Below, piece after piece: positions 49,080 through 61,276 of a stretch of DNA of 64,000 nucleotides (the stretch's first letter is position 1; each line of letters starts with the position of its first letter). Made by a program: the position numbers and the translations under genes. Origin of the DNA: Eledone cirrhosa (Eukaryota); the NCBI GenBank assembly GCA_964016885.1, contig OZ024752.1, positions 36,394,001 through 36,458,000 on the forward strand. Reading direction: 5' to 3'. The notes under the pieces were generated by a model. That model was not told the DNA's origin, ran no database searches, and saw only the letters and a program-made list of their open reading frames with translations.

Positions 49080-49420
49080 GACAGGTCATTTTCAGCACGT
49101 CTCTCTTCACTTGCTGCAATCCTTTGTCATCTCCTCTGTAAGTCTCAGCAATTTGAGACCAGCTCTCACCAGGTCTTCGCTGGTCTACTTCTGTAATTTC
49201 CTTCAATTCGGATTTCCTGTCACTTCTTCATCCAGCGATCATCATCCTTGCGCATTACATGTCCGTACCAACACAGCCTTCTCTCTTGTACACCACTTTA
49301 AATTCCTCTTAAACCCAGTTTCTCCCCTCAGTTCATCCAAGCTCTGGCTTTCTCTCACATTTACATTGCACATCCAACGAAGCATGGTCGCTTCATTTCT
49401 TTCCAGCCTCTTAACATATA
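49080..49420 (-). mobile_element. Degenerate RTE LINE fragment, adjacent to a CR1-type 3' UTR copy (~48915-49030)
   Basis: Minus peptide RLERNEATMLRWMCNVNVRE homologous to the 57628 ORF. Confidence 0.8.
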
Positions 49421-49506
49421 TATGCAATTGACAAAACAAAAATACCATCAACACTCCACAGATTCTGTAGAAAAATTACAAATTAATAAAAACAAAGATT
49501 ACTTAC

Positions 49507-49615
49507 AATTGCAGATGCTTAACCAAGAACGCTAAAGTGTCTCGATTGGGTTGAGGCAGACGGTTAATTACTTTATAAAGAGCTTTTTGAATGTTTGCTT
49601 CATTACGATCTTTTT
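49507..49615 (-). CDS. RACGAP1: RACGAP1 exon (EKDRNEANIQKALYKVINRLPQPNRDTLAFLVKHLQ)
   Basis: LPQ.NRDTLAFL..HLQ; CCAG/GTAAGT; phase 1/2. Confidence 0.96.
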
Positions 49616-50487
49616 CTGGATAAGAAGGAGGAAAAAAAAAAGGATATCTGTATTTAGCAGAGAAAAAAGACATTAAATGATGATGGTGGCAGTGATGATG
49701 GTGGTAATAGTAATGATGGTAATGACGAACAGGCATGGCTGTGTATTTAAGAAGTTCACATTGGAACAATGTAGTTTCAGGTTTGGTCCCACTGTGCAAC
49801 ACCCTGGCCGAGTGTCTTTTACTGACTAACCTCATGAGGATGAAATTTGGTAGGCAGAAATTGTGCAGAAGCCTAGCTCCATAACTATTTCTCCTTACAT
49901 GTGTTATTGAGTCCTCCAGGAAGCAAGATTGGAATTATTGTGATGGCCTCCATCCCTTTAGCACTGGATCGATCTAATCCCATTATTTATATATATATAG
50001 TGTCTGTCCATGCTTGTGTCTATGGCTACACTGCTCAACAACCAGTATTGTTTATTTCTTTTAACTTAGCAGTTCAACAGAGATTGATGAAAGAATTATT
50101 GGACAGATTTTACATGAAAAACTAACTGGTAGGAGAGCCAGGGGTAGACCCTGAGCAAGACAGGTGGATATCATCCATGAGCTAGGCTGGTGTTGCTTGG
50201 GGATCCAACCCAATCAATTGGAGACATTTGTTTCTGACAGGACCCTCCCAGGAATAAATGAGCAAAAAAGAAGATGAAGTGTAGCAACAACATGGAATCC
50301 AGTGAAACTTCTATAAATATGAATTAAAAATCAATATATAAATTTGAGCAACTCCTGTCCATCTGTCACACAATGTGTGTGTGTGTATTTGTGTGAATGT
50401 ATGTCTGTGAGTGTGTATTTTTCTGAGTGTGTGTGTTTGCGCGTTTATATTTATATAATATATATATATATATATATATTACCATGG

Positions 50488-50795
50488 AGGCACATGGCTT
50501 AGTGGTTAGAGCATTGGCCTTCCAATCGAAAGGTTGTGAGTTCAATTCTCAGACCGGGTGATGTGTTGTTTCCTTGAGCAAGACACTTTATTTCACATTG
50601 CTCCAGTTTACTCAGCTGTAGAAATGAGATAAGGACCCCAGTCCCTATCATTCCACGGCAAAAAAGCACCCAGCACTCACTGTAAATGAGGTTGGTGTTA
50701 GGAAGGGCATCCAGCTGTAGAAATCAAGCCAGAATCAGTTCCCGTCCCACCTTTGCAAGCAGAGAAAAGCGGACGTAAAATGAAATGATGATGAT
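50488..50795 (+). mobile_element. tRNA-derived SINE with RTE tail (near-identical to the 47286 copy)
   Basis: Direct sequence match including the head and CCCGTCCCACC...GGACGTAAAATG tail. Confidence 0.88.
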
Positions 50796-50890
50796 ACTCA
50801 TACATATAAATGTATGTATGTATGTATATACACATACGCGTCAGCATGTTGAAAAAAAAATCCTAGTAATGGAAAATATTGTGAACAAAC

Positions 50891-51005
50891 CTGTAACAGC
50901 CTTCACAAAATAGGGCCACAATTCAAATGTGATCAATGTGTCTTTGAGGTTACGGAGGAAATCTTTTAAGCAACCACAAATAACATTGATGTCATCAATG
51001 AGAGC
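50891..51005 (-). CDS. RACGAP1: RACGAP1 exon (ALIDDINVICGCLKDFLRNLKDTLITFELWPYFVKAVT)
   Basis: DDI..IC..LKDFLRNLK RhoGAP motif; TTTCAG/GTTTGT; phase 0/1. Confidence 0.96.
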
Positions 51006-51093
51006 CTGAAATATAGAATTGGGAGTTGCATGTTTTACCAATTTGATACCAAAGTTTATGGAACTACCTCCCCCTCCTCTCAGTTCTACAATA

Positions 51094-51284
51094 GTAACCC
51101 TTTAGCATTTAAACTGGCCGTAACCGACCAGAATTCTCTCACCTCTTTCTGTTCAAACCAGCTGTAACTGGCTGCTTATGTTGAATTTAAGGCATTGTCC
51201 TCAAAATAAATATCAAAATCTCATAGATTCGGTATTATGTCAGACAATAGTATATATACAGTAATGTAAATGATAAATGGTTAA
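51094..51284 (+). mobile_element. piggyBac-type MITE
   Basis: TAACCCTTTAGCATTTAAACTGGCC...TAAATGATAAATGGTTAA, colinear with the 27115 copy. Confidence 0.7.
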
Positions 51285-52415
51285 ACTGTTTGTTTTATAG
51301 TATTTATATGTATCTAAAAACCTTCCACTATCACTTTGTGAAAGGACCTTTTGTTAAGTTATGCCTCAAATACCAATTTAATAATGAGAAAGTAATTCTT
51401 GATTATTTGAAAATATAGCTAGTGTCTTTTATAAGAAATATGAACAGGTTAACTAATAATCAAAGGTGGAATATAATTTTTATTGATTCACATCCGTTAT
51501 CTATTAAATCAAAGCTGTTGTATCTGTGGCGTAAAACGTATGTCATGCTGTGAATAGGGATGGTAAGAGTGTGTATACCAAGATCTTCCTCCACCTTCGC
51601 TACCTCCCACTGGGATTTCCTGGCACTTCTTACCAAACGACCATCACCCATATACATCACATGTCCATACCAGCGCAGTCTTTTCTCTTACACACTACAC
51701 CCGATTCCTCTTACACCGTTTTTCTCTCATCTCATCAACTGACCCTCAAAGTTCAGGAATTATGCCTCCTCCTACCATCATAAAAGGGATTTCTGATTTT
51801 ATAGCAAAACATTGCATCACTTGTACATATAACAATGAAACTAACAGTACAGCTGATGATTCTCTGAATCATAGTACATGTCATCATCATCACCACCATT
51901 TAATGTCCATGTTCCAGGCTAGCATGGGCTAGACGAGTTGCTCTGTTGTGAAACAAGCCAAATCAGGTGACCCATGTCTGGTTCATAACATGTATCGTTA
52001 AGAATAGAGTAAGTAGCTTCCATGTTCCTAATCAGCTGTTGACAGTTTTAGAAACCTTCAGGAATCCTAATATAGCTAACATCTGTTTAAATGTATTGAT
52101 ACAGTTTGAGAGTACTCCCAACCCAAATCACAGCACCTACGTTTGGTGGTACTCCCAACCAAGATCACAGCACCTATAATTAGTGGCAAAACTGCTGACA
52201 CAACTTTAGAATAGAAATTATATTTAAATAATGTAAATGTGGTTGGTGTTAGGAAGGGTATCCAGCTGTAGAAACCAAGCCAGAAACAGTCCTGTATGAG
52301 CAAGACATGGTCACCTGATCTGACTAGCGTCAAATGAGACAAATCGCCTAACCCATGCAACCGTGGAAAATGGACATTGAACAGTGGTGATAATGGTGTT
52401 GATTTAAATATAACA

Positions 52416-52447
<32 letters not shown>

Positions 52448-52453
52448 TATTAC

Positions 52454-52517
52454 CAAATTTGGTGTTCCTTTGCCTCGGAGAAATTTTTCCTTCAGTTCCC
52501 TGACTTCTCGATCTGAA
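52454..52517 (-). CDS. RACGAP1: RACGAP1 exon (SDREVRELKEKFLRGKGTPNL)
   Basis: DR.V.ELKEKFLR motif; CTAG/GTAATA; phase 2/0. Confidence 0.95.
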
Positions 52518-52796
52518 CTAGAAAATAAAATAAAACAAGAAATGAATGTCTCCATCTTTAATATCAGCCAACATTAAGTTGAAATTATTTCTCTTCTGTA
52601 TGTCTGTTTAGGGAATGGTGTCATTGAATAGATATCTAATACTAAATGACATTTTATCTGATGCTCTACCAATTTTGCTAAACCCCACCCTTATCCTTAT
52701 TAGTTGTAGCCCAGCTTTCCTTATGACATACAGAAACACACAAAAACAACCCCCCAAACAGATCTTCATTTATAATATAGATAATATATAATTTAC

Positions 52797-52861
52797 CCAG
52801 GAACTCTGTATATTCCAACTTCAGTGAGACCACGGCGTTCAACTTCAGCTGTAAGACGTTG
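52797..52861 (-). CDS. RACGAP1: RACGAP1 exon (QRLTAEVERRGLTEVGIYRVPG), arginine finger
   Basis: E.RGL.E.G.YR..G catalytic motif; TATAG/GTAAAT; phase 0/2. Confidence 0.96.
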
Positions 52862-53384
52862 CTATAAATAAAGTAAGGAAGAATTAGGATTTTAAATCTA
52901 AAACGTGTGTGTGTGTGTATCATCATCATTTAACGTCCATCTTCCACGCTAGCATGGGTTAGACGGGAGTTGTCCCAATTTGAGGCAAGGTTGGTCGGGT
53001 GACAGCGTCTCGCTCATATAGGACTATCTGGCAGGTTTTCTACGGCTGGATGCCCTTCCTAACACCAACCACATTTACAGTGTGGACTGGGAACTTTTTA
53101 CCGTGTTACTTACACGGCCACATTACAGCGTGGACTGTGCGTTTTTTTTGTTGTGACACCTACACGATCTCGATCTCATTTATTTTGACTGGATGTTGTG
53201 GTACCAACTTTACAGAGAGAGGGTGGTGTTTGTGGGAGGATGGAGTAGGGGTAGTGGATTGGGGTGTATATTTGGTTAAGAGATGCCTACTGACTGTAGG
53301 TTTCACTTTGTACATAGGCAAGGCGGTTTCTTCTCTATTACTGCGTGGCGCCAAAGATCTATATTTATCTATATATATATGAAG

Positions 53385-53600
53385 GAACGATCGACTTTCG
53401 TCAAATTGGACCGAGGGAACAATGTTTCCGTTGGTCTTTCCAATTGCTAATACTATCTATCGGTCGCAACTCCAGGTAGAAGTAGCAACGTGAAATAAAG
53501 TGTCTTGCTCAAGGACATAACGCATCGCCTGGTCCAGGAATCAAACTCACAACCTTACGATTGCGAATCCAATTCTCTAACCACTCAGCCACACGCCTTC
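53385..53600 (-). mobile_element. tRNA-derived SINE, opposite orientation to the 45500-45710 and 60806-61040 copies
   Basis: Reverse complement GGCGTGTGGCTGAGTGGTTAGAGAATTGGATTCGCAATCGTAAGGTTGTGAGTTTGATTCC...GATAGATAGTATTAGCAATTGGAAAGACC. Confidence 0.85.
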
Positions 53601-53843
53601 ACATATATATATATGCTCTAATGAACCTGTTAATTTGCCTTAAAATTTCTAATTTGTTGACAATGGAAAAGATAATGACAAAAACATTTTTTGTCTAAAA
53701 TAAATGGGCTGATAGAGAGGAAACATTTGATAGTGTATGACAAGTTAAGAATTTAGGTAGGGAGTAAAACTAATCAAAATAATACAAGATAGAATTGGAC
53801 ACAAACGACAATCTTTTAGAATGTAGAGCAAAACAGTACTCAC

Positions 53844-53897
53844 AATAATCCCAGGAATTCTAGGAGATTCCAGACCTGTGTAGTCAGCAATAACACC
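53844..53897 (-). CDS. RACGAP1: RACGAP1 exon (GVIADYTGLESPRIPGII)
   Basis: G..AD.....SP.IP.I start of RhoGAP domain; CCAG/GTGAGT; phase 0/0. Confidence 0.93.
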
Positions 53898-54412
53898 CTG
53901 GTTAAAAAAAAAGATGATAGATTTAACTCTTTTGTGACCATATTTAACCAATTATTTAATGAAGAATTTTGAGGTATTTACTAAAATTATCAAGTATTTT
54001 ATTACTAATATTGCATTTGTAATATAACTTAAAAAAATGATTCTTATATAAAATTATGTTGAAAGATTTTAAATGGGTAGTTTTGTTCTATAAAACCATA
54101 GCTAGATTTGGGTAGGTTAATATAAAAATAAAGGATATCAAAACCATATCTCATTAATTCTTAATGTCCTGTACCACATGAAACTGCATTAGCAAAACAT
54201 TCTTGTAAAATACAAAACAGTACAATAACTGCCTCACATTAAACATTAAAAATGTTTTTAGTCTAATGTGTCAAATTTTCACAATATGTCGCTTATTAAA
54301 CATTTGAATCAGTAAATCCATTTTTTTAAAAAATGTTCTGCTGAAAAGAATTACAAGAGGTTAAGAGTTAAACAACTGCAAGTGAGATCATATACAGAAA
54401 AAAAGCATTTAC

Positions 54413-54510
54413 CATTTCGTTTTTGGTAAGACCAGGAGTTCTAATTGATACTGGCAAACATGGTATAGGAGTCCGCTCCTCACATTCTGGGTGGCGATGA
54501 CATTTACATT
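54413..54510 (-). CDS. RACGAP1: RACGAP1 exon (ECKCHRHPECEERTPIPCLP...), C1 domain end
   Basis: C....HPEC....P.PC; ACAG/GTAAAT; phase 1/0. Confidence 0.94.
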
Positions 54511-55078
54511 CTGTGGAACACAATACAGAAACGTCACTTTATTAAAACAAAAAATATTTATAGATCTTTAAAAAAACAAATTAAATAGCATAATTTGAAT
54601 CTTGAGGATGTAATATATACTAAAAAATGTACATAAATAATTTATATAGAAGCATCCAATACACGCTGTAAAGTAGTTGGTGATAGGAAAGGAATCCAGC
54701 AGTAGAAAGCTGGGCAAACAAAGGATTGGGAAGACCTTTTAGTTGTGTCAAGAACTTGACAACCTCCCTAGTGTTGGTGTTAGGAATGGCATCCAGCCAT
54801 AGAAAGCTTGGAGATACGGGGTTCGATTCCTCATACCGGCTGATGGCAACTTTTTTTCCCGTTTTTAAAGGGCATTCCCCCTATTTTATAGCATCTATAT
54901 GCATGAGTACATCATTCTTTATATTAAAGTTATTTCTAATACTGCAAATTTTCACAACAATCAGTCGACTAGTAAAGATACTGTAAATATAAAAACACAC
55001 TTGGTGTTTATTTTCTACTAAATCATAATAGGATATTAGGAGTTCAATCCCATAAAATATTGAGAGAAATCAACTCAC

Positions 55079-55124
55079 CTTTACAACGCAGGACTTTAGT
55101 ACCAAATTTTAATTTCTGGTTACA
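55079..55124 (-). CDS. RACGAP1: RACGAP1 exon (CNQKLKFGTKVLRCK), C1 domain
   Basis: C....KFG...L.C; TATAG/GTGAGT; phase 0/1. Confidence 0.93.
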
Positions 55125-55473
55125 CTATAATAGAAGAAACAGATGTGAAATTGAAATATAAGTTTACATTTACAGGAGATTATAAAAAACTGTTTTTACA
55201 CATTAGTGTCATAGTAGAACTGATTTAACAAGTCTGAATATTTCTATGAAGTGTTTGACCATCTATATTTATCACTGCTGAATTACATGGTGTTCATCAT
55301 TTTAGCTACAACTCACCGAGTAAAATGGTATTTTCACAAATCTGCTTGATATACATCTTAACTTGTCGCCGTCTGCTAGCTCTTCTTTGTGTAGGCTCCC
55401 ACAAAAGAACTTCACTAACAATTTTGTCTTTGGCTTTCCACCAATGCCCTGTGAAACTGACCTCATTCTTTTA

Positions 55474-55666
55474 TTAACCCTTTAGCATTTGCGCTACTCT
55501 ATATATACGTAATATTTTTCTGGTAAAAACTTTATCTTACCTAATTATCTCACATACTATCGAATCTATGAGATTTTGATGTTATTTATTTTGAGAACAA
55601 TACCTTAACATAAGTATAAGTGGCCAGTTACAGCCAGTTTGGCCGGTTTAAATGCTAAAGGGTTAG
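55474..55666 (-). mobile_element. piggyBac-type MITE (internally deleted)
   Basis: TTAACCCTTTAGCATTT...AAATGCTAAAGGGTTA. Confidence 0.72.
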
Positions 55667-55719
55667 GTATTGAGTCCTACTAGTGTGTGTTTATGTTAAC
55701 ATGTTGAAAATATACTTAC

Positions 55720-55828
55720 TATTTGACAGTATTCTGGTTTGACAATTCTCATAGAAATAAACAAATGAGCTTTGTTCAGACTAGAACTTGCAGAGTTTGC
55801 CTTCCTTAGCATAGGAGAAGCAGTTGAT
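55720..55828 (-). CDS. RACGAP1: RACGAP1 exon (STASPMLRKANSA...HLFISMRIVKPEYCQI), C1 domain start
   Basis: H.F.S....KPE.C; TTTAG/GTAAGT; phase 2/0. Confidence 0.92.
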
Positions 55829-56864
55829 CTAAAAGTAAACAAGATTTTTTTTTTTTTTTAAATGGTTTTCAATAAATTGATAAAAATAAATATAATTAAA
55901 TAACAAAAAAAAAAAAAAACATTTCAAATCAGAATTGAAATATTTATAGACTATTATTTTTAAACAATTTCTTGATTCAGCCAGGTCAACTGGAGATGGT
56001 TGCTTCTGACAAGGACCCGCTGGAAGGAGTACTTGAGTAGTCTTCCCCCATGACCCTCCCAGCAACAAGAGGGTGAAGAAGAAATGACAGTATGTGTGGG
56101 GTTAGGCAGAAGGAACATGTCTATGAGGTTCTTCTGTAGACTACCTCAATGATAAATGGCATCATTACAATGACAAGCAAGAGACGTAGAGTTTGTGTTA
56201 TTTTTGTTAATACATAAAAAAATACCCCCCCCCCCCTCCCCAATGCTAGCAACGAAAAACAGACATGAAACGATGATGAGGAGGGTTAGGGTTATTAAGT
56301 GGCTATGTTTGGCTAGCTTAGACATTGAGGGTACAAAGCATTTGGTTGTTTTAGTAATAGAGAGAAAAAAAAGTTGGTTATAAACACCCTGAATTCAGGA
56401 GACTGAAGGGTACTTTGAGTATTTTTTGACAGACAATTATTAAACTGTCAACATCTCATACCATATGGAACCAGATTAGTAGGACATACTTGAAAATTGT
56501 AAAAAAGCACTGAATCTGAATCACATTAAAAATTAAAGTCTTTACTCTACTAATGAGGATTATTGTGAAAATATGCAGTATTAAAGATACTATAAACATT
56601 TAAATTAACCATAAGAAACCAGATTAGCAAGGCATTCTTGGAAAGTACAAAACAGTACTATGACTGCATAAGATTAAAAATTAAAGTCTTTATTGTAATA
56701 CTGCAAAATTTCACAACGATCTATCGGTCTGTTTACTATTGAAGACATTACCAATATTTGAACTGACAAAGTCATTTTCAGATATTTTCTGCTAAATTAT
56801 TCTTTAGAGGATGTTAAAGAGTTAATTAAGTTGGAAGAAAATATTTCAACATAGCAAAACTTAC

Positions 56865-56958
56865 TCTGATTGTATTCGATGACGAGATCTTCTTCTTGAT
56901 TCTGAAGATCGTCTTGGTCTTAGGGTCCATACCTCTTCATGTTCCTCACCAGCAGAAT
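56865..56958 (-). CDS. RACGAP1: RACGAP1 linker exon (DSAGEEHEEVWTLRPRRSSESRRRSRHRIQS)
   Basis: CTCAG/GTAAGT; phase 1/2 exactly bridges the neighbouring exons; low sequence conservation. Confidence 0.8.
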
Positions 56959-56964
56959 CTGAGA

Positions 56965-57210
56965 TGAAAAATATATTTTACATCAAATAATATTTTAAAA
57001 AAAACTATCAGGGAAGAAAAATATATTTTATATCAAATATAAAAACTACTAGGGGGGGAAAAATATATTTTATATCAAATAATATGAAAACTACTAGGGA
57101 AAAAAATATATTTTATATCAAATATAAAAACTACTAGGGGGGAAAAAAATATATTTTATATCAAATAATATGAAAACTACTAGGGAAAAAAATATATTTT
57201 ACATCAAATA
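56965..57210. repeat. AT-rich ~40-bp tandem repeat
   Basis: AAAAATATATTTTATATCAAATA...AAAACTACTAGGG units. Confidence 0.8.
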
Positions 57211-57330
57211 AAAACAAACTTTTCTTCATTGTAAAAAAAAAAAATAATTAAAACCAACAAAAACTAGCAGTAAAATTTTTTAATGTAAATATAAAACCTG
57301 ACATCAATTGCAATGAAAGTATCGACTCAC

Positions 57331-57484
57331 CAACGCCTGTTGTTTTAAATTTGACATCGAGTGTTGGTTCACTGAAACTTTTGTTCAGTTTAGGTAACTT
57401 TATTTCAGTGGTGGTTGTAGTTTGGGGCTTCCCATATTCAGAATCCATATGAATGCTAGTTTTAGTGATAATGGATTGATCTCT
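57331..57484 (-). CDS. RACGAP1: RACGAP1 exon (RDQSIITKTSIHMD...DVKFKTTGV); alternative donor would extend it to 57298
   Basis: TATAG acceptor, GTGAGT donor, phase 0/1; SI..KT resembles the RACGAP1 linker. Confidence 0.8.
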
Positions 57485-57577
57485 CTATAATAAAGATATG
57501 ATAGATCAATCAGAAACATTGTAAGTAATCACAATTTACTGTAACACACAGAAATCCAATACAATAATAATAAAAAT

Positions 57578-58135
57578 TATCTAGAATAAGGACGGGTTGG
57601 AAGAAGTTTAGGGAGCTGCTTCCTCTGTTGACGAAGAAGGGTTTCTCCCTGCATACGAAAGGCCGGTTGTATGATGCCTGTGTGAGGAGCGCGATGCTGC
57701 ATGGTAGTGAGACATGGGCAGCAACTGCAGAGGATATGCGACGGCTGGAGAGAAATGAGGCAAGCATGCTCCGTTGGATGTGCAGTGTAAATGTGCGTGA
57801 ACGACCCAGCATAAATGTGTTGAGAGAGAAACTGTGTCTGAGAGGGATAGAATGTAGTGTACGGGAGAGGAGACTGAGGTGGTATGGACATGTGATGCGC
57901 ATGGAGGATGACCGATGGGTGAAGAAGTGCCAGGAAATGCCAGTTGAAGGAAGACGTGGTAGAGGTAGACCACGAAAAACATGGGCGGAGGTGGTGAGAA
58001 CAGACCTCAGATCATTGAAGCTCACGGTGGAGATGACGAGGGACCGTGACGAGTGGAGAGATGCTGTGCTGAATAAGACCCGTCCCACCCTTGCAAGCAG
58101 GGAAAAGCGGACGTAAAATGATGATGATGATGATG
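57578..58135 (+). mobile_element. 5'-truncated RTE-clade LINE, uninterrupted ORF end, (ATG)n tail
   Basis: Peptide KGRLYDACVRSAMLHGSETW...MLRWM...RRLRWYGHVMR...GRGRPRKTW...DRDEWR is the typical RTE RT C-terminus. Confidence 0.95.
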
Positions 58136-58747
58136 TATCATGCATCAGTGGGGAAGAACCAGACGGTGCCCAAAGGCTGTCTCAGAGACAACAGGCGGAC
58201 TATTAACTATTAGAGTGACAAAGTGAACACCAAGGCTGTGGAGAAGAACCAGAGGGAGGCTAAAGGCAAGATGGCTATGTCTCTTGTTTCAGAGACAACT
58301 GGTGGACTATTAGTGCGACAGAGTGGACAAGAAGAACCAGATGGCATTATGATCTGACCATTAGCCCCCACATGGTCCAATATGGCCAGAGATAGGAAAT
58401 GGTGGTCAACCAGGGAAGGGTTCCTTCTCCTACAGGAGTGAGAAGGCTCTGGATTTGGGATCTGTAGGTATATATTTTTTTCTGAGTGTAACCAACTAAA
58501 AAAATCTTTATCCATTTCTTTTTCTCACTATTATGGCTTCACTAACAAACTCTCTCTTCCTGTTCCTTGGACGCTCTGAGATGATGATGTGCACTAGGTG
58601 ATGACTTTCATGACCAGAGAGAGAGATACCATTTTCTCTGCTAAAGCAAGAGTTAGTATTTCATGCTTCATAACAGGGTTTATACCTATGGGACCCTTTT
58701 TAAGGCAATGCTTTATAGCTGGATGCCTTTTATAACTGGATGTTCTT

Positions 58748-58763
58748 TTAACCCTTTAGCATC

Positions 58764-58801
<38 letters not shown>

Positions 58802-59202
58802 TTACAATAATCAAAGTTCAGTTTAAGTCATTTATTTGCTTACAATTGTTTCCTCCAAACCGAGGTTTGGATTCTTCGGAGCAACTATTTACTGATTTAT
58901 AACATACTTGACCTCCTTTTCAACCCAAGAGACACATAAAACATATGCGCATATTGATCAACAGTGGGGTGACATTCATATATATATATATATATGGGGT
59001 GACATTCATATATATATATATATATACTATTGTATTTTCATGGTAAAAGCTTTATCTCACATAATATCGAATCTTTGAGATTGATATTATTTATTTTGAA
59101 AATACTTAACATCAGTATGAATGGCCAGCTATGGCCGGTTTGAACAGAAAGCAGTGAGAGAATTCTGGCTGAATACGGCTGGTTTAGATGCAAAAGGGTT
59201 AA
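58748..59202 (-). mobile_element. piggyBac-type MITE with internal insertion and microsatellites
   Basis: TTAACCCTTTAGCATCTA ... TAGATGCAAAAGGGTTAA; 59030-59200 colinear with the 34597 copy. Confidence 0.65.
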
Positions 59203-59271
59203 AACAACAACAAAACAAAAACAAACATTTTACTAACACATAGATATTGAATAAATTCTCAAATAACTTAC

Positions 59272-59416
59272 ACTTGACGTTTTTTTCCTCTTTGGTGGAG
59301 TATTTTCTTCACACAGTTCATTACCTCCAGAAGCATCAAGATCATCATCAGTGATGTCATAACTGATGTCTGACAAACAAGAAGCAGAAGACTCTCGCAG
59401 ACGATATGCGTTGTTT
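59272..59416 (-). CDS. RACGAP1: RACGAP1 exon (NNAYRLRESSASCLSDISYDITDDDLD...KRKKTSS)
   Basis: LSDIS.D.TD..LD motif; TTTAG/GTAAGT; phase 2/0. Confidence 0.93.
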
Positions 59417-59519
59417 CTAAAAACAGAAACAAATTTCTCATAAGTAATCTGGTTGAAACATTTTTCTTTTTCACTAAATATAAAAAGACGTGTGAAATAT
59501 ATTCTTAAATTAAAAAATT

Positions 59520-59910
59520 GCCCAGTTCACCCTATAAAGTGGTGGTGATGGTGACACAACAAAAGGCACCCAGTCCACCATGTAAGGTGGTTATGTTGAT
59601 GACACAACAAAAAAGCACCCAGTCCACTCTGTAAGGTGGTTATACTGGTGACATGACAAAAAGCACCCAGTCCACCCTGTAAGGTGGTTATACTGGTGAC
59701 ATGACAAAAAGCACCCAGTCCACCCTGTAAGGCAGTTGTGCTGGTGACATGACAAAAAGCACCCAGTCCACCCTGTAATGTGGTTGGTGTTAGGAAAAGC
59801 ATCCAGCTGTAGAAACCAAGAGTAATATGTAATGGTCATCTGACCTGACCCATCTAACCCATGCAAGTGTGGAAAAATAGACATTAAACGATGTTGGTGA
59901 TGATGATGAT
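59520..59910 (+). repeat. ~45-bp tandem expansion within an RTE-tailed SINE-like element
   Basis: AAAAAGCACCCAGTCCACCCTGTAAGGTGGTT...GACATGAC x5-6, then AGGAAAAGCATCCAGCTG...CCCATGCAAG tail. Confidence 0.8.
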
Positions 59911-60049
59911 GCTGGGGGTTCTTTAATAGTGAAATGACAAAGTATTAGGTGGGCTATACTGAGGATTCTTTTGTATTTATTAGGAACGAACATTCGCAAA
60001 ACTAAGCAATTAATGAAATATTAAACATTCTGATTCCAACATACACAAG

Positions 60050-60797
60050 AGATGTAGCGGGATAGCAGGCAAACTAACAGGTAGGGAGGGAGAAATACGT
60101 ATGCAGTAGATGTACAGGGAAATTTGACAGCAGAAGTCACATTGATAGACACATTTTTCAAATGTAGGTGGATTCTATAGAAGTGGTTGATAACTTCCAG
60201 TACCTAGGTGATCAGATTAGCATTGAAGGGGAGTGTTCTGAGGCCATAGTATCTAGAATAAGGACAGGTTGGAAGAAGTTTAGGGAGCTGCTTCCTCTGC
60301 TGACGAAGAAGGGTTTCTCCCTGCGTACAAAAGGCCGGTTATATGATGCCTGTGTGAGGTGCGCGATGCTGCATGGTAGTGAGACATGGGCAGCAACTGC
60401 AGAGGATATGCGACGGCTGGAGAGAAATGAGGCAAGCATGCTCCATCGGATGTGCAATGTCAATGTGCTTGAATGACCGAACATGGATGTGTTGAGAGAG
60501 AAACTGCGTTTGTGAGGGATAAATTGTAGTGTGCGAGAGAGGAGACTGCGATGGTATGGACATGTGATGCGCATGGGGGATGACCGCTGGGTAAAGAAGT
60601 GCCAAGAAATGCCAGTAGAAGGAAGACCACGAAAAACATGGGCAGAGGTGGTGAGAACAGACCTCAGATCATTGAAGCTCACGGTGGAGATGACGAAGGA
60701 CCGTGACAAGTGGAGATATGCTGTGCTGTATAGGACCCGTCCCACACTTGCAAGCAGGGAAAAGCGGACTTAAAATGATGATGATGATGATGATGAT
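60050..60797 (+). mobile_element. 5'-truncated RTE LINE with stops and a deletion, (ATG)n tail
   Basis: IEVVDNFQYLGDQI...MLHGSETW; highly similar to the 57578 copy. Confidence 0.93.
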
Positions 60798-60805
60798 ATA
60801 AAATA

Positions 60806-61040
60806 ACGTGGCTGAGTGGTTAGAGAATTGGATTCGCAATCGTGAGGTTGTGAGTTCGATTCCCAGACTGGGCAATGCGTTATGTTCTCGAAGAAGACAC
60901 TTTATTTCCCTTTGTTCCTGCCTGGATTTGCAACTGACAGATAGTATTAGCAATTGGAAAGAGCAATGGAAACATTGTTTCCTCGGTCCGATTTGACGAG
61001 CTCCACCCCACTTGTTAAGCAAATGAGGCCTGGGATCTTA
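60806..61040 (+). mobile_element. tRNA-derived SINE directly behind the RTE tail
   Basis: GTGGCTGAGTGGTTAGAG...GAGTTCGATTCCC A/B boxes. Confidence 0.85.
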
Positions 61041-61276
61041 TTTAAATTATTAAGAAAGAAATTAAGTTCATATAATGGGCAAAGTTAAACTAAAATCACC
61101 AAGAGTCTTTCATTAGAAATATGCTAACAAAATGGTTAATTACAGTATGCAGATTGGAGGAGGAAGGGGGAGGGGAGGGGCACCTTATAATTTTTAACGA
61201 AGCAGGCTAACTTTATAACATCAAGTGTTGATAATCCTATAAGAAGTCTGAAAGTTATAGATTTATTCATACATAC

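Noticed and set aside
52797-52815. YRVPG instead of vertebrate YRISG after the arginine finger
   Set aside because: YRVPG is a common RhoGAP variant and the catalytic Arg is intact, so it is not evidence of novelty.
57510-58145. 211-aa minus-strand ORF (and 177 aa at 60212-60745)
   Set aside because: Antisense shadow of the RTE reverse transcriptase frame.
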